From Thermoanaerobaculia bacterium (lineage in GTDB: Bacteria; Acidobacteriota; Thermoanaerobaculia; Multivoradales; UBA5704): a stretch of DNA of 64,000 nt. Location of the stretch: contig JBGAGQ010000003.1 in the NCBI GenBank assembly GCA_044226625.1, positions 156,190 through 220,189 of the forward strand, given 5' to 3'. The position numbers and the translations under genes are program-made. This document shows, piece by piece, positions 1 through 10,009 of the stretch. The notes beneath the pieces were generated by a model. That model saw nothing but the letters and a program-made list of their open reading frames with translations. It ran no database searches and was not told the DNA's origin. Positions within the stretch are counted from its first letter, which is position 1; each line of letters starts with the position of its first letter.

Positions 1-1482
1 GCCCCCCTGGATCGTCGTCACGATCACGAGGTCGCCCGCGAGCGCCGGAGAGCCGGCGATGCCCCATTGGTGGGCTCCCGGAACGTCCGGCAGCGGATGC
101 CGTCGCAGCAATCGACCGGTCGCGCGGTCGAGAGCGGAAAAGCTCGCGACGTGATGGATGAAGTAGGGCTCGCCTCCGGCCGCTCCGACGAAGATCCGAT
201 CGCCCACGAGCAGCGGCGTACCGAAGGTCCAGCCGTAGACGTCAGAGCGCCAGAGCACCTTCCCGTCCTCGGGGCGGATCGCGCTCACGCGGCGAAGGTC
301 GGAAGAGCCGACGTACAGAATTCCATCCGCCAGGACCGGCGTCGATTCGAGCCACGAGCCCCAGAAGAAGAGCTTCCACAGCCGCTCCCCGGTCGAAAGA
401 TCGAGCGCGAACAGGCCGGCCCCTCGGTTCCCGATGAAGACCCTCGTACCCTCGACGAGCGGCCGGTCCTCGACCTCGGCGCCCGTGTCGAATCGCCAAA
501 GCTCCTTACCGGTCGCCCGGTCCAGGGCGTAGACGAAATGGTCAGCGCTGCCGAAGATCACTTTGTCCCCGGCTACCGCCGCCCCACCGCGAACCTTGCC
601 GCTCGTCGCGATTCGCCACTTTCGCGCGCCCGTGGCCGCGTCGATTGCGTGGAAGCCGCCAGCTCCCGACCCGACGTAAACCACTCCGTCCGCGACCTCT
701 GGCTTCGGCCCGTGCCAGTCCCAGTCGAAGACCTCCGGATGCCCGATCACTCGCGAGACCCGCTCGTCGCCCAAGTCGTATCGCCAAACTTCCTTGCCGT
801 CGTCGCGGCGCAACCGAAGCAGGTAACCGTTGTCGCAGACGAAATAGACCGCGTCCGCGGTCACCATGGCCGTGCCGAAAACCGGCCGACCGGCGGCGAA
901 CGACCAGAGGATCTTGCCGTCGCGGGCGTCCAGGGCGTTGAACACGCCGCCCGTCGTTCCGACGTAGACCTTGCCGTCGAAGACGATGGGTGACGCAAAG
1001 ATCTGGCCGTTCAAGCGCGTCTGCCAGGCGGGAGCCGGTCCCTCCGGAACGGCGGGGATCGGCGTTGGCTCGGGAAGCCGCTCGGCTCGACGAAAGAGCG
1101 CCGCGCTGTTCGGCCCCGGATAGGTTCCTTCGAGCACGCCCTCGTGCAATCGCAGCTTGAGCGCCAAATCGTCGAGAAGGATCCACTCCCCTTCCCGTCG
1201 GACCGTGCCGGCCTTGACGTTGAAATAGTTCGAGATCGGCTGGGTCAGGAAGAGATCGACCCCGCCGTCCGCGCTCCCTCGCAGATCGAGCCCGACCTCG
1301 ATCCGCTCCTTCTCGGTACCGATCGTCCCCAGCCAGAGCCCGACGATCGGATCCATCGCGGCAGGCGGCTCAGAGGCTCGAGCCCCGGTGCTCCAAACCA
1401 TCGCCACGCCCAGAACCGCAGCCGCAACGATCCATGAAACCCGGTTCTTCGAGCGACATACCTCCCCTATGAGCTTTCGCAT
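1..1482 (-). CDS. Secreted PQQ-like beta-propeller repeat protein (BamB-like), 3' end outside window
   Basis: Hand translation of the minus strand from ATG 1482 (alternative 1494): signal-like N-terminus, then WQTRLNGQIFASPIVFDGKVYVGTTGGVFNALDARDGKILWSF and further G-x-x-W repeats. Absent from the ORF track, consistent with no stop inside the window. Confidence 0.8.
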   Translation of the reverse strand, partial: MRKLIGEVCRSKNRVSWIVAAAVLGVAMVWSTGARASEPPAAMDPIVGLWLGTIGTEKERIEVGLDLRGSADGGVDLFLTQPISNYFNVKAGTVRREGEWILLDDLALKLRLHEGVLEGTYPGPNSAALFRRAERLPEPTPIPAVPEGPAPAWQTRLNGQIFASPIVFDGKVYVGTTGGVFNALDARDGKILWSFAAGRPVFGTAMVTADAVYFVCDNGYLLRLRRDDGKEVWRYDLGDERVSRVIGHPEVFDWDWHGPKPEVADGVVYVGSGAGGFHAIDAATGARKWRIATSGKVRGGAAVAGDKVIFGSADHFVYALDRATGKELWRFDTGAEVEDRPLVEGTRVFIGNRGAGLFALDLSTGERLWKLFFWGSWLESTPVLADGILYVGSSDLRRVSAIRPEDGKVLWRSDVYGWTFGTPLLVGDRIFVGAAGGEPYFIHHVASFSALDRATGRLLRRHPLPDVPGAHQWGIAGSPALAGDLVIVTTIQGG

Positions 1483-1570
1483 CCCACACCTCATGCACCC
1501 AACCGGGCGCGATCTCCTCTCGGAGACGAGATACGGGAGGTGACAGGACAGGTTTCCGCGAGGGCGATGC

Positions 1571-3136
1571 CTACCCCTCACCCGCCGCCCGCGCGCGTTC
1601 GAAGCGGGTGGCCTCGTCCTCAGGGAGCGTGCGCGCGGCAAGGAGGAAGAAGCCGAGGGCGACGACGTTCGCGATCAAGGCGAGCGAGATCGCGATGCGG
1701 AGGTCGCCGAAAGCCATGCTCAGGCGGCCGATCGTGTAGGGGCCCATCGCGAGACCGATCAGGGTGTTGACGAGCAGGAACGCGGCCGAGGCCATGGCGC
1801 GCATGCGGGGGAGGACGAGGTCCTGGATCGTCGAGGTGCCGGGGCCGAGCCAGAGCGCGGAGGCGGCGTAGAGCGGGAGCGCGAAGGCGAGCGCCGCGGT
1901 GGTGTTCGGGGTCCAGCAGACGGCGAGCGCGAGCGGAATCGTGAGAACGGCGTTCAACATGCCGACGTAGAGGCGCCCGCGCGGCGAACGCAGTCGCAAG
2001 CGGTCGGCGACCACGCCGCCGAAGGTCACGCCGATCCAGCCGCCGAGCGCCGCCGCGCCGCCGACGAGGAAGCCGAGCCGATCGAGCGGGATCGCGTGGA
2101 CGCGGGAGAAGAACGGCGCGAGCCAGAAGCCGAAGCCGTAGCCGTTGAACGAGAGGAACGAGAAGCCGAGGACCGAGAAGATCATCGAGCGGGTGCGGAA
2201 GATCAGCGCCGTGCTCGGTCGGTCGCGGAGCGCGAGCGATTGCCCCCAGGAGACCGCGGCATAGATGCCGAGCGCGAGCGAGCCCCATTGCGCCGGGTTG
2301 CCGAGCGCGCCGGTGAGAAGGTACGCGGCGCCGACGAGCCCCAGCGCCGCGCCGAGGTTTGCGGCGAGCATGGCGGCGGAGGCGCCGCGGCGGATGAGGT
2401 TCCAGACCGTGAACGGTGGGATCACCGAGGCCAGCTCGGCGAGGAACGCCGGGAGCGGCTTTACTTGCTCTCGGGCCCCCGCCAGATCACCGCCGTCGCT
2501 CATCCCCCGCTTCGGCTCGCGCAATGTGACGGCCCAGAGCGCGAGCGGAATACCGGGAAGGCCGACGACGAAGAACGCGGCCTGCCAGCCCGAAAGGCCG
2601 AGCGGCGCGCCGCCGGATGCGAACGCCTGGTCCCACCGGTCGACCACCAGGCCGCCCAGGAACAGACCGAGGCCGGAGCCCAGGTAGATGCCGCTCGAGT
2701 AGATCGCGAGCACCGTGGCGCGCCGGGCGCGCGGGAAGTAGTCGGAGAGGAGCGAATAGGCGGCGGGCGAGGCGCTCGCCTCGCCGATCCCGACGCCGAT
2801 GCGGGCGAGCGCGAGATGGGCGAACGACCGCGCGAGGCCGGAGAGCGCCGTCATCACGCTCCAGAAACCGAGCCCGATCGAGATCAGCCGGCGCCGGTCC
2901 CAAACGTCCGCGAGGCGGCCGAGCGGCAAACCGAACAGGGCGTAGAAGACGGCGAACGCCGTGCCGTAGAGGTACCCGAGCTGCGCGTCCGTCGCGCCGA
3001 GGCCGGCCTTGATGCGCTCGGCCAGGATCGAGAGGATCTGGCGATCGAGGAAGTTGAAGACATAGACCAGCACCAGCACCGCGAGCACATAGCGCGCGTA
3101 CGGGCCGCCGACCTCGTCGTTCTTGTCGTCCGCCAT
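1571..3136 (-). CDS. MFS transporter (spinster-like)
   Basis: FNFLDRQILSIL, motif A GRLADVWDRR, RIGVGIGEA, many TM helices. Confidence 0.9.
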   Translation of the reverse strand: MADDKNDEVGGPYARYVLAVLVLVYVFNFLDRQILSILAERIKAGLGATDAQLGYLYGTAFAVFYALFGLPLGRLADVWDRRRLISIGLGFWSVMTALSGLARSFAHLALARIGVGIGEASASPAAYSLLSDYFPRARRATVLAIYSSGIYLGSGLGLFLGGLVVDRWDQAFASGGAPLGLSGWQAAFFVVGLPGIPLALWAVTLREPKRGMSDGGDLAGAREQVKPLPAFLAELASVIPPFTVWNLIRRGASAAMLAANLGAALGLVGAAYLLTGALGNPAQWGSLALGIYAAVSWGQSLALRDRPSTALIFRTRSMIFSVLGFSFLSFNGYGFGFWLAPFFSRVHAIPLDRLGFLVGGAAALGGWIGVTFGGVVADRLRLRSPRGRLYVGMLNAVLTIPLALAVCWTPNTTAALAFALPLYAASALWLGPGTSTIQDLVLPRMRAMASAAFLLVNTLIGLAMGPYTIGRLSMAFGDLRIAISLALIANVVALGFFLLAARTLPEDEATRFERARAAGEG

Positions 3137-3312
3137 CCCATCCTCCTCAAGAAAACTTCCGATGTTCGGTCCTTGGAGGCTTCTGGCCTTTGTCGCGAGA
3201 TGAAGGTGGCCGCCCCCCGGAGAATTCCGCGAGGACGGCGCGAAACTGTCTGAGCCCCAAAGGGGCGAGTTTTGAGCGCCACCGCAGCGGAATCCTCCGG
3301 GGGGCCCTCACC

Positions 3313-4323
3313 TCACAGCACGAACGCCGCGCCCGCTTGGTTGTACCCGACGCCCGACCCGAGCAGCACCACCAGATCGCCCGACCCGGCTTTCCCCGCT
3401 TCGAGTGCGTCGTGCAGCGCCATGGGAATACAGGCAGACCCCGTGTAGCCCCACTTCTCCATGACCATGTGGGCACGCTCGACCGGGAGCCCCAGATCGG
3501 CCATGACGATCTCGATCGATGGTTTTCGCACCTGGGTGAAGATCCAAAGCTTCACCTCGCCGAGCCCGAAGCCGCCCTGCGCGGCGAGCCTGCGCGCGAG
3601 GCGCGGCCACCCCTCGTGGTTCACTTCCGGCGGATAGCGCTCGTAGGACTTCACCGTCGTCCGCCCCGCCTCGACCGACTCCTTCGACGCCGGCTCGACC
3701 GTACCGCCCGAGAGGATCGCCCAGTTGCGCGCGTAGGAACCGTCGGCCTGGAACGCCGCGGCCACGAAGCCGGGCTCGTCGCCAGCCGTCAGCACCGCTG
3801 CCCCCGCGCCGTCGCCGTAGAAGAACCGGGTCGGCTCGGTCGGCGCCGCGAGCCGCTGCATCAGATAGGCCCCCACCACCAGCACGGTCCGAAGCGCCGG
3901 ATTCGAGGCGATCATCCCGGCCGCCGCGGCCATGCCGGTTGGAAACGAGGCGCAGGCGCAGCCGACGTCGAACGTCCCGGCGTTCTTCGCGCCGAGCTTG
4001 TGCTGGAGCACGACCGAGGTCGCGGGGGTGAGGTAGTCGGGCGAATCGGTGCCGAGGACGATCAGGTCGATCTCCTCGGGCGTCTTGCCGGCGCGGTCGA
4101 GCGCCTGACGCGCCGCTTCGAGCGCGAGGTCCGAAGTCGCCTGGTCGTCGCGCGCCCAGTAACGGCGAACGATGCCGGTCGACGCCTGCATCTTCTCGAC
4201 GTACTCGGGCGCGACGCCCGCCAGCAACGCGGCGAGCTCGGCGTTGCCGACCTCGCGCTCGGGCAGGTAGAGACCGGTCGAGGCGATCCGCGCGAAGCGC
4301 GGCGCGGAAGAGATCCGGTTCAA
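3313..4323 (-). CDS. 3-oxoacyl-ACP synthase III (FabH-like), non-canonical active site
   Basis: C-terminal part of ORF 3313..5094; TTG start overlaps the upstream TGA; ASTGLYLPER, DVGCACASF (catalytic Cys), FTQVR, GYTGSA. Confidence 0.85.
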   Translation of the reverse strand: MNRISSAPRFARIASTGLYLPEREVGNAELAALLAGVAPEYVEKMQASTGIVRRYWARDDQATSDLALEAARQALDRAGKTPEEIDLIVLGTDSPDYLTPATSVVLQHKLGAKNAGTFDVGCACASFPTGMAAAAGMIASNPALRTVLVVGAYLMQRLAAPTEPTRFFYGDGAGAAVLTAGDEPGFVAAAFQADGSYARNWAILSGGTVEPASKESVEAGRTTVKSYERYPPEVNHEGWPRLARRLAAQGGFGLGEVKLWIFTQVRKPSIEIVMADLGLPVERAHMVMEKWGYTGSACIPMALHDALEAGKAGSGDLVVLLGSGVGYNQAGAAFVL

Positions 4324-5192
4324 TGCGGATCCCCCGGCGGCGGAGCGTCCGCGGGTTTCTCGTCGGGAGATTTTACCGGAGCGGCCCGTTCGATCGCGTT
4401 CTCGATGCGCGCCGCGGCATCGTCCGGATGTTCGAGCACGTACCCGTGCGAGGCTCCCGGCACGATCTCCAGCGTCGATCCCGAGATCGCCTTGTGCAGC
4501 TCCTCGGAGTACGGAGGAGGAAACGTCACGTCTTTCTCGCCCGCGATGATCGTCACGGGCGCGCGGATCTTTCCGAGCTTGGGCGCGAGGTCCATCGTTT
4601 CGAGCGCGGCGAGGATGGCGTCCACCCCGGCAAACCAACTCTTGGGCAGCGCGGCCACCTGCTGGCGGCGGAGCGGCAACGCCTCCTTGTTCGCGGCGAT
4701 CCATTCGGGCGAATACGTGGTCGGCACGATCGTGTCGAGCACCCGGCCGCCGTCGCCCCCGGCGACCGCCTCTTGGGCGAGCTTGCGGAGCAACTTCGTT
4801 CCGGCGACGTTTTCTTCCGAGAGGCGCGCGGTCGAGTTGAGCGCGACCACCGAAGCGACGCGATCCGGATGCTCCGCGGCGAGCACCAACGCCACGAGCG
4901 AGCCGAACGAGGTCCCCGCGAAATGCGCCTTCGGAATCTCCAAGCGGTCCAGCACGGCGACCACGTCGCGCGCGTGACCGGAAAGGTCCGTCGGCGCGGG
5001 CGCGTCGGCCGAAATCGGCGACTGCAGCTGACCCCGGAAATCGAGCAGGATCACCTTGTGCTTGCCGCGCAGCTTCGCCGCCACGGGCTCCCAATGAAAC
5101 GTCGTCATCATGCCGCCGTTCAACAGGACGATCGGCGCGCCGGCCGCGTCCCCCTGGACGACGTAATGGATGGCGGGAGGTGCGTCGATCAT
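4320..5192 (-). CDS. Alpha/beta fold hydrolase
   Basis: MIDAPP start in ATGA overlap; LDFRGQ, GTSFG nucleophile elbow, GEKD, ASHG. Confidence 0.85.
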   Translation of the reverse strand: MIDAPPAIHYVVQGDAAGAPIVLLNGGMMTTFHWEPVAAKLRGKHKVILLDFRGQLQSPISADAPAPTDLSGHARDVVAVLDRLEIPKAHFAGTSFGSLVALVLAAEHPDRVASVVALNSTARLSEENVAGTKLLRKLAQEAVAGGDGGRVLDTIVPTTYSPEWIAANKEALPLRRQQVAALPKSWFAGVDAILAALETMDLAPKLGKIRAPVTIIAGEKDVTFPPPYSEELHKAISGSTLEIVPGASHGYVLEHPDDAAARIENAIERAAPVKSPDEKPADAPPPGDPH

Positions 5193-6745
5193 GGCTCGGC
5201 TCCTGACTCTCTGAGATAGCGCTCGCGCAGATCGCCCTTGACCACCTTGCCGTACGGCGTGCGCGGCAGGGCCTCGACGAACACGAACACGCTCGGGTGC
5301 TTGTAACGGGCGAGGCGAGGGCCGAGGAACTCTACCAGCTCCTCCGCGGCCGGCCGGCGCTCTCCGGCGACCACGAACGCCACCCCCATCTCCCCCCACT
5401 TCTCGTCCGGCACTCCAACCACCGCGGCGTCGCGGACGTCCGGATGGAGCAGCAGCTCCCCCTCGATCTCGGCCGGATAGACGTTCACGCCGCCACGGAT
5501 CAGCAGGTCTTTCGCCCGCCCGGCGATCGTGTAGAAGCCGTCCGCATCGCGCCTCGCGAGATCGCCGGTGCGCCACCAGCCGTCCTCGGAGAGCGCCTCG
5601 GCGGTCGCCTCGGGGCGGTTCCAATAGCCGCGCGAGACGTGCGGCCCCCGAAGGTGGAGCTCGCCCACCTCGCCATCCGCCACCTCGTTGCCGTCCGCTC
5701 CGACCAGCCGCGCCTCGGCGAACAACAGCGGCTTGCCGATCGAGCCTGCCTTGGCGATCGACTCCTCGACCGTCATCGCGAAGCAGTTCACCCCGACTTC
5801 GGTGAGGCCGTACCCCTGTTTGAAGACGATGCCGCGCTCCTGGTAGCGGTCGATCAGGAAGCGCGGCAGAGGCGCGCCCCCCGAGACCAGCCAGCGCACC
5901 GAAGAGAGATCGGCGGCGGCGAACGCGGGATGTTCGGAGAGACGCTCCCACACCGTGGGCACGCCGAGCACCACCGTCGCGCGTTCGCGCTCGATCGTCC
6001 GCCAGACCTCCTCGGCGTCGAATCCCGCGTGGAGCACGATCGTGCCGCCGATCGTGACGATCGGAACAAGAAACGCGAACAGCCCGCCCGCGTGGTAGAG
6101 CGGCAGGAAGATCGGCGTCACGTCGTCCTCCCGAAGCTGCCAGGAGACGACCGTGTTGTAACCGTTCCAGAGCACCTGCCGGTGCGGGATCATCACGCCT
6201 TTCGGCCTGCCCGTGGTGCCGCTCGTGTAGAGCAGCGCCCACAGATCCTCGGACTCCAGCCGCGCGGCCTCGAACGGGCCTTCGGAGAGCGCCGCGATCT
6301 CCTCCGTCAACGCGAGATCCTCAGGCACCGCGCGCAGGTGGGTATCGAGCGCCACGCCGAGCCGAATCGGCAGGAGATCGCGTAGCTCCCTCGCGTGGGC
6401 CGCGTGATCGCCGTCGTAGAGAAGGACGGTCAGGCCGCTGTCCTCGACCAGGTGGGCGATCTCCCGCGCCGTGAGGCGCGTGCCGATCGGAACGAGCACG
6501 GTGCCCGCTTTCGCGCAGGCGAAGAAGACGTCGAGGAACTCGACACGGTTGCCGGAAAGAAGCCCGACGCGGTCGCCCTTGCGCAGGCCGAACCGTTCGC
6601 GGAACAGCTGCGCCATCGCGACGGCGCGCCGGTCGAGCGCCGCGTACGTGAGCCGCTCGGCCCCCGGCGCGGGCGGCACCGTGACGAGCGCGAGCTTCTC
6701 CGGCGTGAGCCGTGCGCGCTCCCCGAGGAGGTCTCCGGCGATCAC
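5189..6745 (-). CDS. AMP-binding acyl-CoA synthetase
   Basis: YTSGTTGRPKG, GYGLTE, RTGDL, PRTPYGKV. Confidence 0.92.
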   Translation of the reverse strand: MIAGDLLGERARLTPEKLALVTVPPAPGAERLTYAALDRRAVAMAQLFRERFGLRKGDRVGLLSGNRVEFLDVFFACAKAGTVLVPIGTRLTAREIAHLVEDSGLTVLLYDGDHAAHARELRDLLPIRLGVALDTHLRAVPEDLALTEEIAALSEGPFEAARLESEDLWALLYTSGTTGRPKGVMIPHRQVLWNGYNTVVSWQLREDDVTPIFLPLYHAGGLFAFLVPIVTIGGTIVLHAGFDAEEVWRTIERERATVVLGVPTVWERLSEHPAFAAADLSSVRWLVSGGAPLPRFLIDRYQERGIVFKQGYGLTEVGVNCFAMTVEESIAKAGSIGKPLLFAEARLVGADGNEVADGEVGELHLRGPHVSRGYWNRPEATAEALSEDGWWRTGDLARRDADGFYTIAGRAKDLLIRGGVNVYPAEIEGELLLHPDVRDAAVVGVPDEKWGEMGVAFVVAGERRPAAEELVEFLGPRLARYKHPSVFVFVEALPRTPYGKVVKGDLRERYLRESGAEP

Positions 6746-6746
6746 T

Positions 6747-7529
6747 TCAGCTCCCGATCACCAATCCGCCGTCGACCGAGAGCACCGCGCCGTGAACGAA
6801 GCTCGCCGCGTCCGAGGCGAGCCAGAGGTACGCCCCGGCGATCTCCTCGACCCGGCCGAGCCGCCCGAGCGGGGTCTTGCCCGCGATGCCGTCGATCACC
6901 TTCTGCGGCATCTTCTCGACCATCTCGGTCGAGATGTAGCCGGGCGCCACGGCGTTCACCCGGATGTTGTAGCGCCCCAGCTCGCGCGCCCAGGTGCGGG
7001 TCATCGCAATCACCCCCGCCTTGGTCGCCGAGTAGTTGGTCTGGCCGAAATTGCCGTACAGGCCGACCACCGAGCTCGCCGACAGGATCACCCCGCCGCC
7101 TCGCTCGATCATCCCGGGCACCACGGCCCGCGTGGGAAGGAAGACCCCACGCAGGTTGACGGCGAGCACGGCGTCGAAATCGGTCGTCGACATCGTGCCG
7201 AGCAGCGAGCCGTCCTTCCATTTCGCGAGCTGCGCGTCGCGCGTGATCCCGGCGTTGTTGATCAACACGTCGATCCGGCCGAAGCGCTCGAGAGCGCGCG
7301 CGACCCCTTCACCCACCGCCGCCTCGTCGGCGACGTCGACCGCGTCGAACAGCGCCTCCCCTCCCCCGCTTTCGATCTCCGCCGCCGCGGCCTCTCCCGC
7401 CTCGGCCGAGCGGTCCCACAGCACCACTTTCGCTCCTTCGGTCGCGAAGCGCCGAGCGGTCGCGCGGCCGATTCCCGCGGCGCCGCCGGTGACCAGCACG
7501 ACCCTGCCGCCAAGTCCCGTCTCGATCAT
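6747..7529 (-). CDS. SDR 3-oxoacyl reductase (FabG-like)
   Basis: TGGAAGIG, NNAGITRD, NYSATK (YxxxK), NAVAPG; start at MIETGLGG. Confidence 0.9.
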   Translation of the reverse strand: MIETGLGGRVVLVTGGAAGIGRATARRFATEGAKVVLWDRSAEAGEAAAAEIESGGGEALFDAVDVADEAAVGEGVARALERFGRIDVLINNAGITRDAQLAKWKDGSLLGTMSTTDFDAVLAVNLRGVFLPTRAVVPGMIERGGGVILSASSVVGLYGNFGQTNYSATKAGVIAMTRTWARELGRYNIRVNAVAPGYISTEMVEKMPQKVIDGIAGKTPLGRLGRVEEIAGAYLWLASDAASFVHGAVLSVDGGLVIGS

Positions 7530-7629
7530 GAAATACCCTCGGAAAGCCGGCCGGACGCGCGCGGACCGAAGAGTCCCCGGGCGTCCGGCCGAGTGCAGCG
7601 GAACGATGCCGAGAAAGGCGCTTCGTCGA

Positions 7630-9993
7630 TCAGAAGAACTTGTAGTCGATCGTCGCGAGCACCGTGCGCGGCGCACCGTAGGACCCGACCAGGATACCGA
7701 GCGCCGGGATGTTGTACCCGTTCGTCAGATATCCCTTGTCGGTCAGGTTCTTGCCGTTCACGCCGACGCGCCACTTCGCGTTCGGCGACAACCAGCTGAT
7801 CGAAGCGTCCCACAGGCTGAAGGCGTCCTGGACGATCGGCAGCAGCGGCTGGCCGGGGCGCCCCGGATACGGGCCTCCTTCGTTGGTGAGCACCGACTCG
7901 TCGCGATAGGCGACGCCGAACGAGCCGCTGATCAACCCCTTGGAGATCGGGAAGCTCAGGTTCGCGTGGAGCGCGCCCGTGAACTCCGGCGCGTTCGTGA
8001 TCACCTGCGTGTCGACGAAGCCGTCGCGGTTCGCGTCCAGGAACTCGTCCGGCTTCGCCGAGAGGTAGCTCACGTTGCCCACCAGACGGAACCAGCTCGC
8101 GGCGTGCGGCGAGCCGTCGAATTCGACCTCGACCCCCTTCATCGTCGCGTCGCCCGCGTTCAGGAAGTTGCCGAAGAAGGCGTCCTCGACGCCGTCGCCG
8201 TTCGAATCGTAGGCGGTGAACGTGCTCACCTGGATGTCCTTGTACTTGCCGTAGAACGCCGCCGAGTTGAGCACCAGCTGCCGGTCGAACAGCACCGTCT
8301 TCAAGCCGACCTCCAGCACGTCGAGCACCTCGTCCTTGAACGGCAACGCGGAGGCGGGAAAGACGGAAGCCTGGGCGCGCACGTTGAAGCCGCCGCTCTT
8401 GAAGCCGCGCGAGAGGGTCGCGTAGGCGAGGACGTTCGGATTGACCTGATAGTCGACGCCGAGCTTCGGCGCGAGAGAGTTGAAGGTGACGGTCTTGTCG
8501 AAGTCAGCGGTCACCGCGTTCGGCACGGTGAAGGTGTCGTTCGTGAAGCCGCGGTTCAGCGCGATCACGTTCTTCTTCTCGCGCGTCGCCCGGAGGCCGA
8601 GGTTCAACTGGGTCTTCGGATTGAGCTGATAGCTGCCGTCGCCGAAGAGCGCGATCGAATCGGTGTTGGTCTCCCCTTCCGTGGTGCCGAAGATCCGGTT
8701 CAGGAAGATGTTCTTCACCAGACCGCCGGCTTTGCCGTCGAAGTAATAGGCGCCGAGGACGCCGGTGATCTTGCCGCCGCCGTCGTAGTTGAACTGCAGC
8801 TCTTCCGACGTCTGCTTGTCGAAGTAGGTCGCGATGACGTCGGTGATGCGCGCGGGCGTCGTGTCGAAGTCGATGTTGTTGTCCGAATCCGATTTCCGGT
8901 GCGCGGTGATCGACTTGGCCGACCACGGATCGCTGATCTTCCAAGAGACCACGAGCGACGTTCCGCTCGCGTCCGTGCTGTTTTTCGGCGCGAGACCGCT
9001 TTCCGTGTCGAAGTTGTTCGAGAGCGCCGGGCAGGCTCGGCCGAGGAACAGCGGGCAGAGCGGGTTCGGCGCGAGGCGGCGATATCCCTTCGGCTCCGCG
9101 TCGTCCTTCGTCTGGTCGTAGCTCACCTGGACCTTCACGTCGTCGGAGACGAGCCAGTCGAGCGCGGCGCGAAACGCCTTCGTGTCCTTGTCCGAGACGT
9201 CGCGGCCGGTCAGCCGGTTGGTGCCGTAGCCGTCGTGCTTGAGCGACGCCGCGGCGATCTTGCCGCGCAGCTTGCCGGCGACCAGCGCGCCCGAGAGGCT
9301 CGCGCGGAAGTCCTCGTTCGAGAAGCTGCCCGGCGAGATCGAGAGACGGCCGTCGAGAGTGTCGGTGAGCTCGCGGCTCACGTACTTGATCGCGCCGCCG
9401 ATCGTGTTCTTGCCGTACAGCGTCCCCTGCGGTCCGCGCAGCACCTCGATCCGCTGCACGTCGTAGACGTCGAGCAGCGCCCCTTGCGGCCGGGCGATGT
9501 AGACGTCGTCGAGATAGAGGCCGACACCCGGGTCGACGCCCCAGAGCGGGTCGGCCTGGCCGATGCCGCGCATGAACGCGGTGAGCGTGGTGGTCTGGTT
9601 GCGCCCTTGATAGATCGAGAGGTTCGGTACGGAGGACTGAAGCTCCGAGATGTCGGCCGCGGCGGTCTCCTCGAGCGCCTCGCCACCCAGGACGGTGACG
9701 GCGACGGGGACTTCCTGGACGTTCTCTTCCCGCTTGCGGGCGGTGACGATGATCTCGTCGGAGACGGTCGGCGTCTCCTCCTCGGCCTTCACCTCCTCCT
9801 TCTTTTCCTGCGCGTCGGCGGCGGGAGCCTGCGCCGCGTCTTGCGCCGCCTTGGCGATCGGGTCCGGGCTCGCGGAGTCGGTCGCGAACACCGCGCCGCC
9901 GGTCCCGACGAGCGCCGCCATGAGGAACAGCGACAGGGCTCCAAGCGACGACGCGCCCCCTCCCGAGATTCTCAGCTCTCTACGACCATTCAT
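7630..9993 (-). CDS. TonB-dependent receptor
   Basis: Signal peptide, IIVTARKREE, RIEVLRGPQGTLYGKN plug motif, C-terminal DYKFF. Confidence 0.95.
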   Translation of the reverse strand: MNGRRELRISGGGASSLGALSLFLMAALVGTGGAVFATDSASPDPIAKAAQDAAQAPAADAQEKKEEVKAEEETPTVSDEIIVTARKREENVQEVPVAVTVLGGEALEETAAADISELQSSVPNLSIYQGRNQTTTLTAFMRGIGQADPLWGVDPGVGLYLDDVYIARPQGALLDVYDVQRIEVLRGPQGTLYGKNTIGGAIKYVSRELTDTLDGRLSISPGSFSNEDFRASLSGALVAGKLRGKIAAASLKHDGYGTNRLTGRDVSDKDTKAFRAALDWLVSDDVKVQVSYDQTKDDAEPKGYRRLAPNPLCPLFLGRACPALSNNFDTESGLAPKNSTDASGTSLVVSWKISDPWSAKSITAHRKSDSDNNIDFDTTPARITDVIATYFDKQTSEELQFNYDGGGKITGVLGAYYFDGKAGGLVKNIFLNRIFGTTEGETNTDSIALFGDGSYQLNPKTQLNLGLRATREKKNVIALNRGFTNDTFTVPNAVTADFDKTVTFNSLAPKLGVDYQVNPNVLAYATLSRGFKSGGFNVRAQASVFPASALPFKDEVLDVLEVGLKTVLFDRQLVLNSAAFYGKYKDIQVSTFTAYDSNGDGVEDAFFGNFLNAGDATMKGVEVEFDGSPHAASWFRLVGNVSYLSAKPDEFLDANRDGFVDTQVITNAPEFTGALHANLSFPISKGLISGSFGVAYRDESVLTNEGGPYPGRPGQPLLPIVQDAFSLWDASISWLSPNAKWRVGVNGKNLTDKGYLTNGYNIPALGILVGSYGAPRTVLATIDYKFF

Positions 9994-10009
9994 CGTTCAT
10001 TCCCCTTTT

